Source: a virus
Taxonomy: Duplodnaviria; Caudoviricetes
Virus record (IMG/VR): IMGVR_UViG_3300009081_000016
Location: 1-55,868 of that record
Reading direction: 5' to 3' (one strand)
Length of the DNA stretch: 55,868 nucleotides
Shown here in pieces: positions 55,746 to 55,868 of the stretch. A model generated the notes under the pieces. The model was not told the origin of the DNA, did not search any database, and worked only from the letters and a program-made list of their open reading frames with translations. How positions within the stretch are numbered: the first letter of the stretch is position 1; every line of letters starts with the position of its first letter. A program made the translations under genes and the position numbers.

Positions 55746-55868
55746 ACCTCCGGAATATCCCCCCTTCTCCCGGTAAAGGGTAAAACAGGGGGTAGAAACG
55801 GTGCTCAAAACCCCTAAAATAACGTACCGCAGCGGCCCCAGAGGGGGTTTTCACAGTAAAATTAGGGG
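55746..55868. repeat. Terminal direct repeat, right copy
   Basis: Identical to 1-123. Confidence 0.97.

Noticed and set aside
1-55868. Prophage/temperate lifestyle, introns or inteins
   Set aside because: No integrase, repressor, partition or host genes recognised; polymerase, helicases and terminase are of normal uninterrupted length.

Overview
A complete (123-bp terminal direct repeat, 1-123 = 55746-55868), apparently lytic ~55.7 kb tailed dsDNA phage genome with siphovirus-like tail organisation. Essentially all genes are on the minus strand. Read circularly in transcription order it has: early genes (21295->15803); a thymine-substitution/hypermodification and replication block (dUMP hydroxymethylase/TS-like, HD nucleotidase, Nmad1-like, aGPT-Pplase1, UDG-PolA fusion, SSB, 5'-3' exonuclease, Gam-like, RusA-like, GT2, radical SAM, sigma-like, Mor-like, ART-like, methyltransferase); a non-coding repeat region; a TerS-like gene; a glycosyltransferase/radical SAM cluster; TerL, portal, a signal-peptide-bearing C10 (streptopain-like) protease, scaffold, capsid, a GT9, neck, tail and fibres; then SF2 helicase, DnaB, primase and a candidate origin. 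No integrase, CRISPR array or recognisable endolysin was seen. The most unusual layer is RNA. There are two type II pseudoknotted hammerhead ribozymes with a shared CCGAUGA core variant in early-gene leaders, and a tRNA-Leu-like element with an enlarged anticodon loop. Two or three structured intergenic RNAs expose sequences antisense to the ribosome-binding/start regions of specific sets of the phage's own genes. All annotations are from manual motif recognition; no database search or folding program was run.
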